A DNA stretch of 43,989 nt. It comes from Callorhinchus milii. Lineage: Eukaryota. The notes under the pieces were generated by a model that was given only the letters and a program-made list of their open reading frames with translations, was not told where the DNA came from and ran no database searches. A program made the translations under genes and the position numbers. The stretch is taken from NCBI RefSeq assembly GCF_018977255.1, contig NW_024705442.1:1-43989 (forward strand). The letters are read 5' to 3'. Positions 12,751 to 24,268 of this stretch are shown here, one piece after another (the first letter of the stretch is position 1; the number at the start of each line of letters is the position of its first letter).

Positions 12751-13104
12751 AGTTTTATATAATTATTTTTGATGCAGTTTTTTGACAGTGATTCATATTC
12801 TAATGATGAAGATTTTTATTCTGCAAATAGAAATTAAATTATTGGCAAAATAAGTTTGTTTGATTCCAAATCCGCCTTTTCTTCCCTTGGAAATAAGAGA
12901 TTTTCTACAACACATGTGATAGAAATCAGGTAATACCTGTCTAAGGCTGATTCAATGTGTTAGTCACAACTTACGGTTGATTAAGTTTGCAAAAGACTTT
13001 GCTGAATTATTTCGCTTTCCTTTAAGCGTGTGAGTCTGTGAGTGAGTGAGTTAGTGAGTGAGATAGTCAGTTAGTGAAATAGTGAGTTGTTTATATTTTT
13101 ATAC

Positions 13105-13680
13105 TGTGTGTGTACAGGAGAGATACAGGGACAGGCTGTGTGTGTGTGGGAGATATTGGAAGAGGCTGTTTGTACAGGAGAAAGATTGGGAGAGCTGTGT
13201 GTATACAGGCAGGACACTGGCAGTGGCTGTGTATATACAGGGTAGTCAGTGGAAGAGGTTGGTTTATACAGTGGAAGACACGGGAAGAGGCTACGTGTAC
13301 AGGAGAAACACTGGGAGAGGCTGTGTGTATACAAGAGAGACAGCGGGAGAGGAAGGTGTGAAGGTGTAAAGTTTCTCTATCACGTTGTGTGTAAAGGAGA
13401 AACGCTGGGAGTGGCTGCGTTTATGCAGGAGTAACACTGGGAGAGGCTGGTGTATACATTGGGAAACACTGGAAGAGGCTGTGTATGAAGGAGGAACACT
13501 GGGAGAGGTCGGGTGTCCACAGGAGAGACCCTGGGAGAGGTTGTGTGTATACAACCGGAGGCACTGGAAGAGGATGTTTGTACAGAAAAGGCCCATAGAG
13601 AGTCTGTGTGTATACAGGAGAGACACTGGGAGTGGCTGTGTGTATACAGGAGAGACACTGGGAGTGGTTGGGTGTATAAA
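13105..13680 (+). repeat. Degenerate ~32-bp minisatellite
   Basis: Unit TATACAGGAGAGACACTGGGAG(A/T)GGCTGTGTG repeated throughout the interval. Confidence 0.9.
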
Positions 13681-13685
13681 TGCCA

Positions 13686-13900
13686 AATAATGATCCATCA
13701 AAAAAAATGACAATTTGATCACTCAATCCATGACTGTTTGTGGGTCGCTGCTGTGCGCAATTGGCTGCCGCGTTTCATCCACATATGTACAGTCAAACCA
13801 CTTGACAGCATATTCTGTAAAGCGCTTTGAGACGTCTAGAAGATGTGATAAGGCACTGGATCAAATGCAAGCATTATTATTATTTTTACTATTATTATTA
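13686..13900 (+). mobile_element. 5'-truncated Deu-domain SINE
   Basis: GCTGTGCGCAATTGGCTGCCGCGTTT core, AAGCGCTTTGAGACGTC tail and (TTA)n. Confidence 0.85.
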
Positions 13901-13933
13901 TAGAGTGAATTCCTCTTCCTGCCCCTCGCAAAA

Positions 13934-14655
13934 CCCTGCAGCACCACTTCACTGCCACCAGAGGGCAGTGCTGCGCTTTGTACCTCCCCATGAAACATAA
14001 TAATAATAGTAATAAACTTGTCATTCGATATTGCGCTGTGAGAGTCTCACAGGCGCCTCAAAGCGCCTGTTTAGTAAAAACAATCCCTTCTACTCCGTTA
14101 CGGGAGTGAACAGGGTCTCAGAGCTTGGCAAACAATGTGGGAATCAAGTCAATCTTGTTTAATGGACACTCGGGTCGACAATGCGATCTCTGCCCGTCCC
14201 GGGCTGTGTATGTGTGTGTGTGTGTGTGTGTTTGTCCGTGCATGTCTGTGTGTCCCTCTGTGTCTATGTGTCTGTGTGTTTGTGCGTCTGTGTATGAGTG
14301 TCTCTGACGGTATGTGTATCGTGGTGTATCTTTTTGTGTGCCCGTGTGCGCGTGTCTTGGTGTGTCTGTGCGTAGAGAGGAAACTTGCACAAGGTTTCGC
14401 CCCCAATTGGGGATTGACCCCCTGTCGCTGGCTTGCGAGGCGAGGGCTCTAATCCCTAAACTACAGGACCTGTAATAGAGATAGTATACGGTATATACTG
14501 TGAAGCGCTTTGAGACGTTCCGAAGACGTGATGATACTCGGGTCAAATACAAGGATTACTATTATTATTATAAAAAGGGCTATAACCCCATTAAACCTCG
14601 TCTCCCCTTTAAGACAGTGACGGCATCCCTTTAAAACCCAAATATGGTCAACAGA
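13934..14655 (+). repeat. Copy 2 of local direct duplication (paralog 11780-12750)
   Basis: Collinear similarity to copy 1. This copy retains an antisense SINE tRNA head at ~14375-14470. Confidence 0.8.
13937..13970 (+). promoter_or_regulatory. CTCF binding site with upstream module
   Basis: Core CCACCAGAGGGCAG fits CCASYAGRKGGCRS at all 14 positions. TGCAGCACC lies 6 bp upstream of the extended core. Confidence 0.7.
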
Positions 14656-15423
14656 TCAAAATCCTGCTCTGGCCCCGTGACCGAACCCAGCCCCGCCCCC
14701 AGCTCAGGCCACGCCCCTAACCCTGGCCCCACCCCTATTTGTCTCCTGTTTGTAGCAAAGCCTCCAGCGGCTGATTGACAGAGAGAGAGAGAGAGAGAAA
14801 GTGAGAGTTAGTGTGAGAGAGAGGGAGAGAGTTAATGCAAAAAGCGGTTTGGGATTAATGCAGAATTAGGAATATTTTGCACTGATGCACTTTAAACCCC
14901 GATGATCTGAGGGGAATTTACAGCCGTTTCCCGTGTTTGTCCTCGGCTGTGGGATTAAAATCAAAACCCAAAGTTAACGCAAAACCATATTTATATCATT
15001 GTGATTAACGCAAATATCGGGGTTTATTGAACTATTGCACTTGAAACACCGCGGATATGGGGGCTTTTAAAACCGTTTCCCGTGTTGTACAAAGAGAGCG
15101 CGTTATTATTTAAACAGAAAGTCAATGATAAACCCCATGAGTATCGTTGGGATTAACGCAGATTTAGAAAGCCTGGGATGGGCTTGGAGACGTCTGGCAG
15201 AAGTGATGAGGAGCTGTGCACAATGTGTGGATTATTATTGTCGAGATCAGGAGCTGAAAGCTCCAGCCTGATGTTCATTGTGTCATAGTTGACTTACTTT
15301 AGACTTTTCTCTGTGCAAATTAGCTCTTTATTCGCTCACAAACACAACAGGCGCTTCACAGTCGATTCCGAGAAAGGATTGAGCCGCGGTCCCAATGTGA
15401 AAGGTGTAATATAAACTATAAGC

Positions 15424-15429
15424 TTTATT
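15424..15429 (-). terminator. Candidate polyadenylation signal of TRIM gene
   Basis: AATAAA on the minus strand ~85 nt after the PRY/SPRY stop codon. Confidence 0.45.
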
Positions 15430-15511
15430 GTATAAGGACACAGATTATAAAAGGTTCAGCCTCGTGGCCATCACCGCCAAACACAGGTCATGGCTGAGGG
15501 TTTCCTGCTCA

Positions 15512-16056
15512 TTAATCTGTCACTCGGCAGATCCTCAGAGGCTCAGAGTTTTTGCCGCCGTCGTTCAAACCGGGACTGAAGAATGGATAAAGTTTCTCAG
15601 TGAAATTCTGGGTGAAAGTGTGGAGATGCGACATGGTATCGGCGTTGTAAAATGTCACCTCTCCCCCCTCATAGTCCAGGAACACTCCCACCTTCCCGGG
15701 TCTGTCCCTCAGGGTCAGGCGGGTGGGAGGTGAGGTCAGAGCTTCATATTCATCCCCGTTTCTCAGATACACAGCCCAGAATCCATCCTCTGGTGACGCT
15801 GTGATCAATCCTTTCCTGTTGACGGACTCTCGGGCCAATCCCACATCCCACGTTCTCTTGTTGGCCACCTGCACCTCCCAGTAATGTCTCCCCGATGTGA
15901 AGCCCTCAGACCCCAGGACACAGACACAGTAATCAAACCTCTTCGGGGAGTCAGGGAGCCGCTGCCGTGTGTCTCCGTGTCTCACGCTGGTCAGGTCCTC
16001 AGACAGGATGAGCGCGGGATGAGCTGTGTCAGGATCCAGAGTCAGAGAGGCCGGAG
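15512..16056 (-). CDS. TRIM terminal exon, intact PRY/SPRY (B30.2) domain
   Basis: [58 protein letters not shown] and LYPFFSP motifs. Acceptor CTCTCTCAG|CT (phase 1). Confidence 0.9.
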
Positions 16057-16164
16057 CTGAGAGAGAGAAACAACACAAAGTGGAGTGAGGGGACGTCTGG
16101 AGCTCAGACTGTGTGTGAACACATCTACACCCGGGGACACAATCCAGCTCAGAGGGTCACAGTC

Positions 16165-18546
16165 GGTGTGACGGTGTGTGTGACTATGTGTGTGAGGGTT
16201 TGTGTGAGGGTGTGTGTTGGGGATGGTGTGTGAGCGGTATTATGAAGGTGTGTGTGAGAGGCTGTGTGAGGGAATGTGTGAGATTCTGCGTGAGGGTGTG
16301 TGTGAGTGGATGTGTGTGCGAATAATTGTGAGGGTGTGTGTGAGTGGATGTGTAAGGGTGAGCGTGTCAGCAGGGTGTTTGAGGGTGTTTGTGAGGGTGT
16401 GTGTTTGAGGTTGTGAGTGTGTGCGACGGTGTGTGTAAGGTTGTTTGTGAGGGTTTGTGTAACCGGGTGTGTGGGAATTTGTGTGTGAGAGTTGTGTGTG
16501 AGGGTTAGTGTGATTGTATGTGTGACAGATTGTGTCATGATCTGTGTGAGGGAATGTGTGAGGGGATATGTGAGGACGTGTGTGAGTGCTTGCGAGTGGA
16601 TGTGTGAGGCGTGTGTGTGTGAGAGTGTAGTGATTGTGTGTGAGTGTGTGTGTGAGTGTGTGTGCGAATGGGGGTTTTGAGGGTTTGTGAGGGGTGGGTG
16701 TGAGGGGTTTGTGTGAGGCTTTGTTTGAGTGTTTGTGAGGTTGTGTGTGTGGGCGTGTGAGAGTGGTTTGTGAGGATCTGTGTGTAGATGTGTGAGCGGT
16801 GTGTGTGTGAGTGTTTATGTGAGTGTGTGTGAGTGTGTGTGTAAAGGGGTTATTGAGGGTTTGTGAGTGGTTGTTGTGAGGGGTTTGTGTGAGGGTGTGT
16901 TTTAATGTTTGTGAGGTTGTGTGTGTAGGCGTGTGAGAGTGGTTTGTGAGGATCTTTGTGCGGATGTGTGTGAGGGTGTGTGTCCGAATGGTTATGTGAT
17001 GGCGTGTGGGAGGGTTTTTGTGATGGTTTGTGTGAGGAGGTTCCTGAGTGCGTATGTGCGCGTGAGTGTTTGAGGTGGTGTGAGAAGGATTGTATGAGGT
17101 TGTGTGTCAAGCTGTGTGTGAGGATGTGTGTGAGGTGTGTCTGTGAGTGGGTGTTTGAGGCGTTCGTGTGAGGGTTTGAGTGAGGGTGTGCGTCAGGATG
17201 TATGTGAGGCGTTTGCGTGAGAGCTGCGAGCGAGTGCGTGGGACGGTGTGTGTGAGGATGCGTTTGAGGGGTACACACCTCTGAAGGTGTGTGAGAGTGT
17301 ATGTGTGTGTGAAGTTGTGTGTGAGGGGTTGTGAGAGGGGATGTGTGAAGGTTTATGTGAGGGTGTGTGAGTGTGTGTGTGGGGGGGCTTTATGAGAGGA
17401 TTGTGTGTGTGCTTGAGGGAATGATAGAGGGGTTATGTGAGGATGTGTGAGTTTACGTGTGAGGATATGTGTGAGGGGTGCGTGTGTGTGTGCGTTTGAG
17501 TGGTGCGCGTGAGGGAATGTGTGATGATGTGTGTGAGGGGATATTTGACGTTTGTGTGTGATGGGTGTGTGCGAAGGGTGTGTGTAATATTTGTGATGGT
17601 GCATGTGAGTGGTGTGGGTAAGTGTTTGTGTGAGTGGTTGTGAGAGAGCTGGTGTGCTGATGTGTGTGAGGGTGTCTTTGACGATGCGTGTGACTTGTTG
17701 GTGTGAGGGTGTGTGTGAGGGTTTGTGTGTGAGCGGGAGGTGTCTGTGTGTGAGAGTGTTTGTAAGGGTTTTTGTGTGAGGGGATAGGTGAGTGTTTGTG
17801 TGAGCGTGCAGGTGAGGGTCTGTACGAGGGTCTGTGTGAAGGGGGAAAGGTTGTGAGAGTCATGAGTGGGTGTGTGAGGGTGTGTGTGTATGACAGGGTA
17901 ATAATATTAATATTAATAATAATAATAATCCTTGCATTTCACATAGTGATTTTCAGTGTTTCTCGACTTTTCAAAGCGTTTCACAGAATATAATGTGAGG
18001 TGAATTGACCGAACATTTGTGGACAAAACGCGGCAGCGAATTGCGCACAGCAGCGTCCCTACAAACAGCCGTGAATTCAAAATGAACGATTTAGTATTGG
18101 TTTTGTTTATTGGAGGGATCATTTTCAGGCGTGTGGAGTAAGGAAACTTGCTCAAGGATTCATCCTGCCTGGCATTGAACCGAGGTGTCTCGCTTGCAAG
18201 GCGAGTGCTCTAACCACTGAGCTACAGGACTCCACATACAGGTTATGTGTATGAAGGAGTGTGCGAGGTTGTGTTTGAGGGTGTGTGTGTGAAGGTGTGC
18301 GTGAGGAAGTGTGGGAGCTTGTATGTGAGTGTCTGTATGAGGGTCTGTGTGAGGGGCTTTGTGAGGGGTTGTTTGAGAGTGTGTGTGGGAGTGTGTGTGA
18401 AGGTATGCGCAAGCGTGTGTCTGAGAGGGTGTGAATGTGCGAGTCATGCGTGTTTGAGGGTTAAATGTGTCATAAGTATATGTGAGATGTGTGTGTGTGA
18501 GTTGCGTTTGTGGGTGAGGTGTGCATGATGGGGTGTTTGTAAGAGG
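16165..18546 (+). repeat. Degenerate GT-rich (GTGTGAGG-like) low-complexity tract in TRIM intron
   Basis: ~2.4 kb of TGTG/GAGG variants, interrupted by a SINE. Confidence 0.95.
17900..18233 (-). mobile_element. Full-length tRNA-derived Deu-domain SINE
   Basis: Head GGAGTCCTGTAGCTCAGTGGTTAGAGCACTCGCCTTGCAAGCGAG...GGTTCAATGCC (A and B boxes), Deu core, L2-like tail, (TTA)n. Confidence 0.92.
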
Positions 18547-18559
18547 TGTGAAATCTCAC

Positions 18560-18761
18560 CTTCAGTTGTGAAATCTTTTCTTTCTGTTGTTCAACAGAAT
18601 TTAATTTGCACTGAATCTCTCAGATTTGCCTCCATTCGCTTTAAAATCTCCTCCTCTCGTTGTCTGAGATCTCGCATCACTCGCTGCTCTCTGTCAGTCA
18701 GACTCTGGTGCAATTTAGCAAACTCACCCGTGACGTGGGTCTGCAGACTGTTCACCTGTTC
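18560..18761 (-). CDS. TRIM exon 3 (coiled coil), frameshifted and chimeric
   Basis: Acceptor TTTGCAG|GAA. Reads EQVNSLQTHVTGEFAKLHQSLTDREQRVMRDLRQREEEILKRMEANLR, then DSVQIKFC*. Its 3' end is a copy of the exon-2 end and donor. Confidence 0.8.
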
Positions 18762-18770
18762 CTGCAAATA

Positions 18771-19168
18771 TGAGACATCGAAACATTACCCACTGTAACC
18801 AGAGACACTGAGACATCACAACGTTTACACACAGTATCCGGAGACACTGAGATATCACACCGTGTAGACACATTGACCAGAGACACCGAGACATCACACC
18901 GTGCACACACAGTAACCAGAGACACTGAGACGTCACTCCGTGTACACACAGTAACCAGAGACACTGAGACATCACACCGTGTACACACAGTAACCCAAGT
19001 CACTGAGACAATATACCGTGTACACACAGTAACCAGAGACGCTGAGACATCACACCGTGTACACACAGTAACCATAGACACTGAGACGTCACACTGTGTA
19101 CACACAGTAACTGGAGACACTGAGACATCACAACGTGTGCACACAGTAAATTGAGACACTGAGACATC
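18771..19168 (+). repeat. 39-bp minisatellite filling TRIM intron 2
   Basis: Unit GAGACATCACACCGTGTACACACAGTAACCAGAGACACT, about 10 copies. Overlapping ORFs show 13-aa periodicity. Confidence 0.95.
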
Positions 19169-19184
19169 TTTTGTGAAATCTCAC

Positions 19185-19280
19185 CTTCAGTTGTGAAATC
19201 TTTTCTTTCTGTTTGGCTTCTGCTTGTAAACCAGTTTCCTTCCTCTGTGTGAGAGAAGCTAAGGAGGATATCAGTTTATC
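19185..19280 (-). CDS. TRIM exon 2 (96-nt coiled-coil exon)
   Basis: TTTCAG|GAT...CTGAAG|GTGAGA. Encodes DKLISSLASLTQRKETGLQAEAKQKEKISQLK. A 96-nt phase-0 exon is typical of this TRIM class. Confidence 0.88.
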
Positions 19281-19365
19281 CTGAAATAAATACACAGAAT
19301 TAACCTGTTTGAAGGTGAAAATATCAGGTAGATCAGATATAATCCTTCTTGAGGAGTATTCTTAC

Positions 19366-19776
19366 CTTATAGATTTCAACAGCTTCTTCAATGGGTAGGA
19401 AGCTGTGGCCTCTGTGTTCCTGCCCATGACTGCAAACTACACACAGCAATTTCTTGTCAGATTCACAGAACAGCTTTAGTTCCTCCCGGTGTTTGTCACA
19501 GTGTAGTTTATTTTCCGTCTGGGTCGGGTTCAGGCTCAATTTTCGCGCTTTCTCTGCTAGACTCACCAAGGCCCAACTGGCTCTGAGGTTCTTTTCTGGA
19601 AATGTCTCCTGACAAACAGAACAGCAGTTGATCGCCTGCTTTTCACAACTCCGGGTGACACAGGAGCGACAGAAGTTGTGGCCACAGCCCAGGCTAACAG
19701 GATCAGTGAAGAAATCCAGACAAACCGGGCAAATGATCTCTTCGGTCCAGATCTCAGCCTGGAGTCTAGAAGCCAT
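19366..19776 (-). CDS. TRIM exon 1 (RING + B-box 2)
   Basis: MASRLQ start (AAAATGG). C3HC4 RING CPVC...CGHNFCRSC...CSVC. B-box CDKH...FCESD...CVVC...HRGH. Donor TATAAG|GTAAGA. 137 codons. Confidence 0.92.
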
Positions 19777-20264
19777 TTTGAACCTCAGCACTTTCTGATT
19801 GAAACTGGTTTCGGTTTCAGTGTGAGTTTGTATGCGGTTCCCAGTCACTGAGCTGACAACTCCTCTTCTATCGTCTCTTCTTTTGAAATCAGCTGATTGT
19901 GACTTTGATCCCAAGAGAGGATGAGAAACCCTTTTCTAATGACAAGACTCGAGCAAGGAAGGCGCTGTACTATGGGGAGGGCTGGAGTGCATATTTGTTT
20001 TGTAGTGGAGTGCTGGGAGTATGACAAACAGCGCCATGAAATAGGTTGATTTGAGGTCCTTTGACATACCTGGTATCTCTGATATTCTTTTACGGAGCGC
20101 GAGGTATAAAATGTCTGAAATCCAGCACCGTGTTGCGGATATTGGGTTGGATGGGGCGTGGTTGGAAGCTGACGGCGTTTTTCCAGTGAATGGTGTGGCC
20201 GGGTCAGTTGGGTTGAAGGACGTGGCGGAGGAAGGGCCGTGCAGGTCAATGAGGGCTTTTGAAA

Positions 20265-20450
20265 TTGAAGGCAGGGTCGACGACAAAGACCTTCAGACGG
20301 CACTTGAAGGATGTGAGGCAGAAGGAATGCGGGTAGAGTTCCAGAGTCTAGGTACTGGAATGCTAAATGTGCGACCTCCAACAGTGGGGTGGGAATTGCG
20401 GGGGACCTAAAGCAGGCCGGTGTCTGCCGAGCGGAGTGAGCAGACAGTCT
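20265..20450 (-). mobile_element. L2 LINE 3' fragment
   Basis: Minus strand reads VGGRTFSIPVPRLWNS, resembling the ORF2 end of the L2 at ~41810-41930. Confidence 0.6.
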
Positions 20451-20504
20451 GATATGCAGTTATGAAGTCGATGAGCTGTTCTCGATATTATTGGCCTGAT
20501 CTCG

Positions 20505-23500
20505 ATATTAAAGCCTGGTCTCTGTATAACACCTCAGGTGTCTACATGGCAGGCTTGATCTCATCACAACTGATCCTGTCTCTTTCTTACAGGTCTGGTC
20601 ACTGAATAATAAACCAGGTGTCTGCATAGGCTAGACCAATGCATAACGGGCCTGGTCTCCTTAAAGCAAATCTGTTTTTTGGATAACAAACCTGGTCTGT
20701 TTATAACAGCTTGGGCTCTGTATATCAGCCTGGCCTCTGTAAAACAGTCTGGCCTCTGTATAACTGGTAAGAGCTCTGTAGAAAACCTCTGCAGGCTATA
20801 TAGCTCTCCAGATGTCTTTAAAAAGAGCATTGGATAAAAGCTTTGGTCTCTGTATAACAGGTCCGGACCCTGTATAACTGGCCTGATCTCTGTATAACAT
20901 GTGCATGTATATCGACTTGGATTTTGTATGACACTCCTTCTCTATGTATCAAAGGCTTGATCTCTTTATATACGTCCTGGTATCATATTACAGGCCTGGT
21001 CTCTGTAAAAGTGGCCTGGGCTCTGCATAACAGACCTGGTTGCTATAGAACAGCACTGGTCTCTATGAAATAAACCTGGCCTTTGTATAATGGCTTGGAT
21101 TCTGTATAAGAGGCCTCGTCTATGTAAAACAGGCCTAGTCTCTGTTCAACAGGCCTCGTCTCTGTTTAGAACGCCTGGTCACTGTATATAGGCGAGTTCT
21201 AGGTACAACTTTCTGGTATATATAAAAGAGGCATTGTCTCTGCATAAAAGCATGATTGTGTGTATAACTGGCCTGTTATATGTATAACAGCCTGATCTCC
21301 GTACAGTAAGCAATATCTTTCTAGTGCTCCCTGGTCTCTGTAAGAAACGCATTGTCTCTGCAGCGAAGGCCTGATTCCTGTATAACTTGCACATTCTTTC
21401 TATAACAGGCCTCGTTTCCGTTTAATAGCGTTGTTCTCTGTGTAATTGACCTGGGCTCTGCATAACAGATCTGAACACTGTATGGTCTCACGATAACTGG
21501 CCTAGACTCTGGATAAGAGCTGGTCTCTAAATAACTGACATGGCCTATTCATAATAGACTTTCTCTCCGTAGAATGGGCCTGATATCTGTTTAAAAGCCT
21601 GCTGTCGGTATAACAGCCCTCGAATCTCTATAACGCACTTGTGTACAGTATAACAGGCCTGGTTTATGTACAAAATGCATAGTCTCTCTATTATAGCCTG
21701 GTCCCTCTATAAAAGGTGTCTGGTTATATAAGTCTGGTTTCTATATAACAGCCTCGCCTCTGCATACCAGCATTGTTTCTGCATAACAGGCCTTGTCTCT
21801 GTGTAACTGGCATGGGTTCTTTATCACAGCTTGGATTCTGTATAATGACCTAATCTCTGTAAAACAATATGGTCAGTGTATAAAAGGCCTGTTCTTTATA
21901 TTAACATCTGGTCTTTGTATAAAATGACAGGTCTCTCCATCAGATGCCTGGTCACTGCAAACCTGATCTGATAACTGCAGAACATCAATGGTCTCTTTAA
22001 CATCTACGGAATCGCTCAATAACACCTGCTCTCTATGTAACAGCTTGGTCGTTGTAAAACAAGCCTGGTCTGCGTATAACTGCTTGGTCTCTGTATAAAC
22101 GTCAGGTCTATGTATAACTGGCCTGGTTTCTGCATGAAAACGCCTGCGCTCAGGATAACATGCCTGAGAGCAGAGCAGTTTTAACACGCCAGTCTATATA
22201 TAAATGGCCTGGTCTCTGTATACAAGGCTGTTCTGTGTACACCAGACATGCATACCGGGCCTTGTCTACCTATAAAATGCTTGGTCTCTGTATGTACGTT
22301 CTGGTCTCTTATGACAGGCCTGGACACTGTAAAACTGGCCCAGTTTCTGTGTAACACACCTGATGTCTGGATAACAGCACTGGTCTCTGTACAAAAGGCC
22401 TGGTTTATGTATAACAGCACTGGTCTCTGTATAACAGGCTTATTCTATTTATAATAGGTCTTGCCTCTGTAGAGCAGGTCTGTCTATGTATAACAGCACT
22501 GGTTTCTGTATAAAAACCTAATGTTTGTGTAGCAACCTGGTCAATGTATAACAAGCCTGGTCCTCTATATAATAGTGGAGTCCTATACCTCAGTGGTGAG
22601 AGCCCTCGCTTTGCAAGTGAGAGACCTGAGTTCAATTCCAGGCAGGGCAAATCCTTGGGCAAGTTTCCTTACTCCACACCCCGAATAAAAATCGCTCCAA
22701 AACCAAAACCAATAATAAATTGGTCGTTTTCAATCCACGACTATTTGTGGGACATTGCTGTGTGCAACTGGCTGCTGCGTTCGCCCACAAATATACAGTC
22801 AATTCACTTTACAGTGTGTTCTGTGAAGAGCTTTGGGACATCCTCCCGACGTGAAAAGCGCGATATCAAACGCAAGGATTATTATTATTATTAACAGCCT
22901 TGTCCTCTATATAACATCTTGGATTCTGTAAAGCAGCCTGGTCGACGTATAACAGGCCTTGCCTATGTACAACCGGCCAGGTCCACAATAACCGCTTGAT
23001 CTCCATATAACTGATCTAGTCTCTGTCTAACAGCACTGATCTCCGTATCACAGGCCTGGTCTCTGTATAGCACTCTGTTCTCTGTATGAAAGGACTTGTC
23101 TCTTTATAAAAAGCCTGATTGATGCCTAACTATCCTGGTCTCTTTATGACAGTTCTCGTCTCTCTCAACGGGTCTGGTCTCCGTGTAACTGGCCTGGAAT
23201 CTGTATAACAGTCTCGAGTCTGCATGGTCTCCATATAGCTAGCCAGGTCTCTAGATAACAACTACTATATTTATAACGGGCCCTGTCTCTGTATAACTGA
23301 CCCGGTCTCTGTACACTGGCCTGGTATCAATATAAGAGGCTTCGCCTGCGTAGGATGAGCATGATATCTGTACAAAAGGCTTGTCTCTGTATAACAGGAC
23401 TGGTCTAAGTATAAAATGCATGTGCTATATATTATAGATTGGTCTGCGTACAAGAGGCCTTGTGTATCTACAAATGGCCTCGTGTCTGTATCATAGTCAT

Positions 23501-23930
23501 GGTCTCTGCATAAAAGGCTTTGACAATGTAAAAAAGGCCTGTTCTCTGTATGAGAAGCCTCGTGTCTGTACAAGAGCACTGGTCTCATCATAACAGACTG
23601 CATACTTTATTATATGCCAAGTGTATATATAACAGACTGGTCTCTGAATAACAGGCCTAGCCAATGTATAATAGGCCATGTCTCTGAATAACAGCATTGA
23701 CATGTGAACAAAATTACTTGTCTCTATACAACAGCACTGGTCACTGAAAGAGGCCAGATCTCTGAATAACAACCCTGATCTCCGTATAACAGCCCTCGTT
23801 TATGTATAACAGCCCTGGTCTCTGTATTACAACCCTGGTCTCTGTATACCAGTCTTGGTTTCTGTGTAGCATCTTGCTCTCTGTATAACTGGTCTGGTGT
23901 CTGTAAAACAGGACTGGTGTCTGTGTAACA
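20505..23930 (+). repeat. ~3.4-kb degenerate satellite with ~20-bp unit
   Basis: Consensus ACAGGCCTGGTCTCTGTATA recurs throughout. Interrupted by a SINE at 22577-22892. Confidence 0.9.
22577..22892 (+). mobile_element. Full-length tRNA-derived Deu-domain SINE inserted in satellite
   Basis: GGAGTCCTATACCTCAGTGG head, GAGTTCAATTCC B box, Deu core, tail ending (TTA)n. Confidence 0.92.
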
Positions 23931-24069
23931 GAAACTTCGGAGAAGAGAGTAGAGCGATTGGATGAGAAGATAATAAACCGAGAGGAGGTACCAAAACGGA
24001 TGACAGTGCTCAAGTAGATAAATGAGGGGGAGAGAGATAGCTTGAGAAGCACACAACGTACACGCTTTG

Positions 24070-24228
24070 CCATACAACATGGCGGTTAGCGGTGCGTTGC
24101 TTTGCTGAACAAATTATTACAAGTGCACACACACACACGCACACAAAGGCGGACAGATGTGCTCAGGTCAGCGAGTGCGCAGTCTGAAACGGGCTTCGCG
24201 TCACGTGCATGGCCACCGTTCGTGGCCG

Positions 24229-24268
<40 letters not shown>

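Larger units (their letters stand above)
15512..19776 (-). pseudogene. TRIM gene (RING-Bbox-CC-PRY/SPRY; A33/TRIM39/TRIM69-like), disrupted in exon 3
   Basis: Four recognisable exons. Exon 3 has a frameshift and TGA at 18593-18591. The linker exons normally preceding PRY/SPRY were not found in 16057-18559. Confidence 0.65.

Noticed and set aside
18160..18233. tRNA-Ala(TGC)-like sequences here and at ~22577, 25620, 26630 and 28451
   Set aside because: Each continues directly into the SINE body and tail and the copies are variably degraded. They are SINE heads, not tRNA genes.
18771..19168. Regularly spaced repeats as a CRISPR-like array (also 13105-13680, 20505-23930 and 37385-37925)
   Set aside because: Head-to-tail units with no unique spacers, no cas genes, and a vertebrate context.
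19777..19914. N-terminal extension of the TRIM ORF
   Set aside because: Non-ATG start. MASR at 19776 has good context and the usual distance to the RING.
20051..20410. 119-aa plus-strand ORF with globular-looking composition
   Set aside because: Non-ATG start and largely antisense to an L2 3' fragment.
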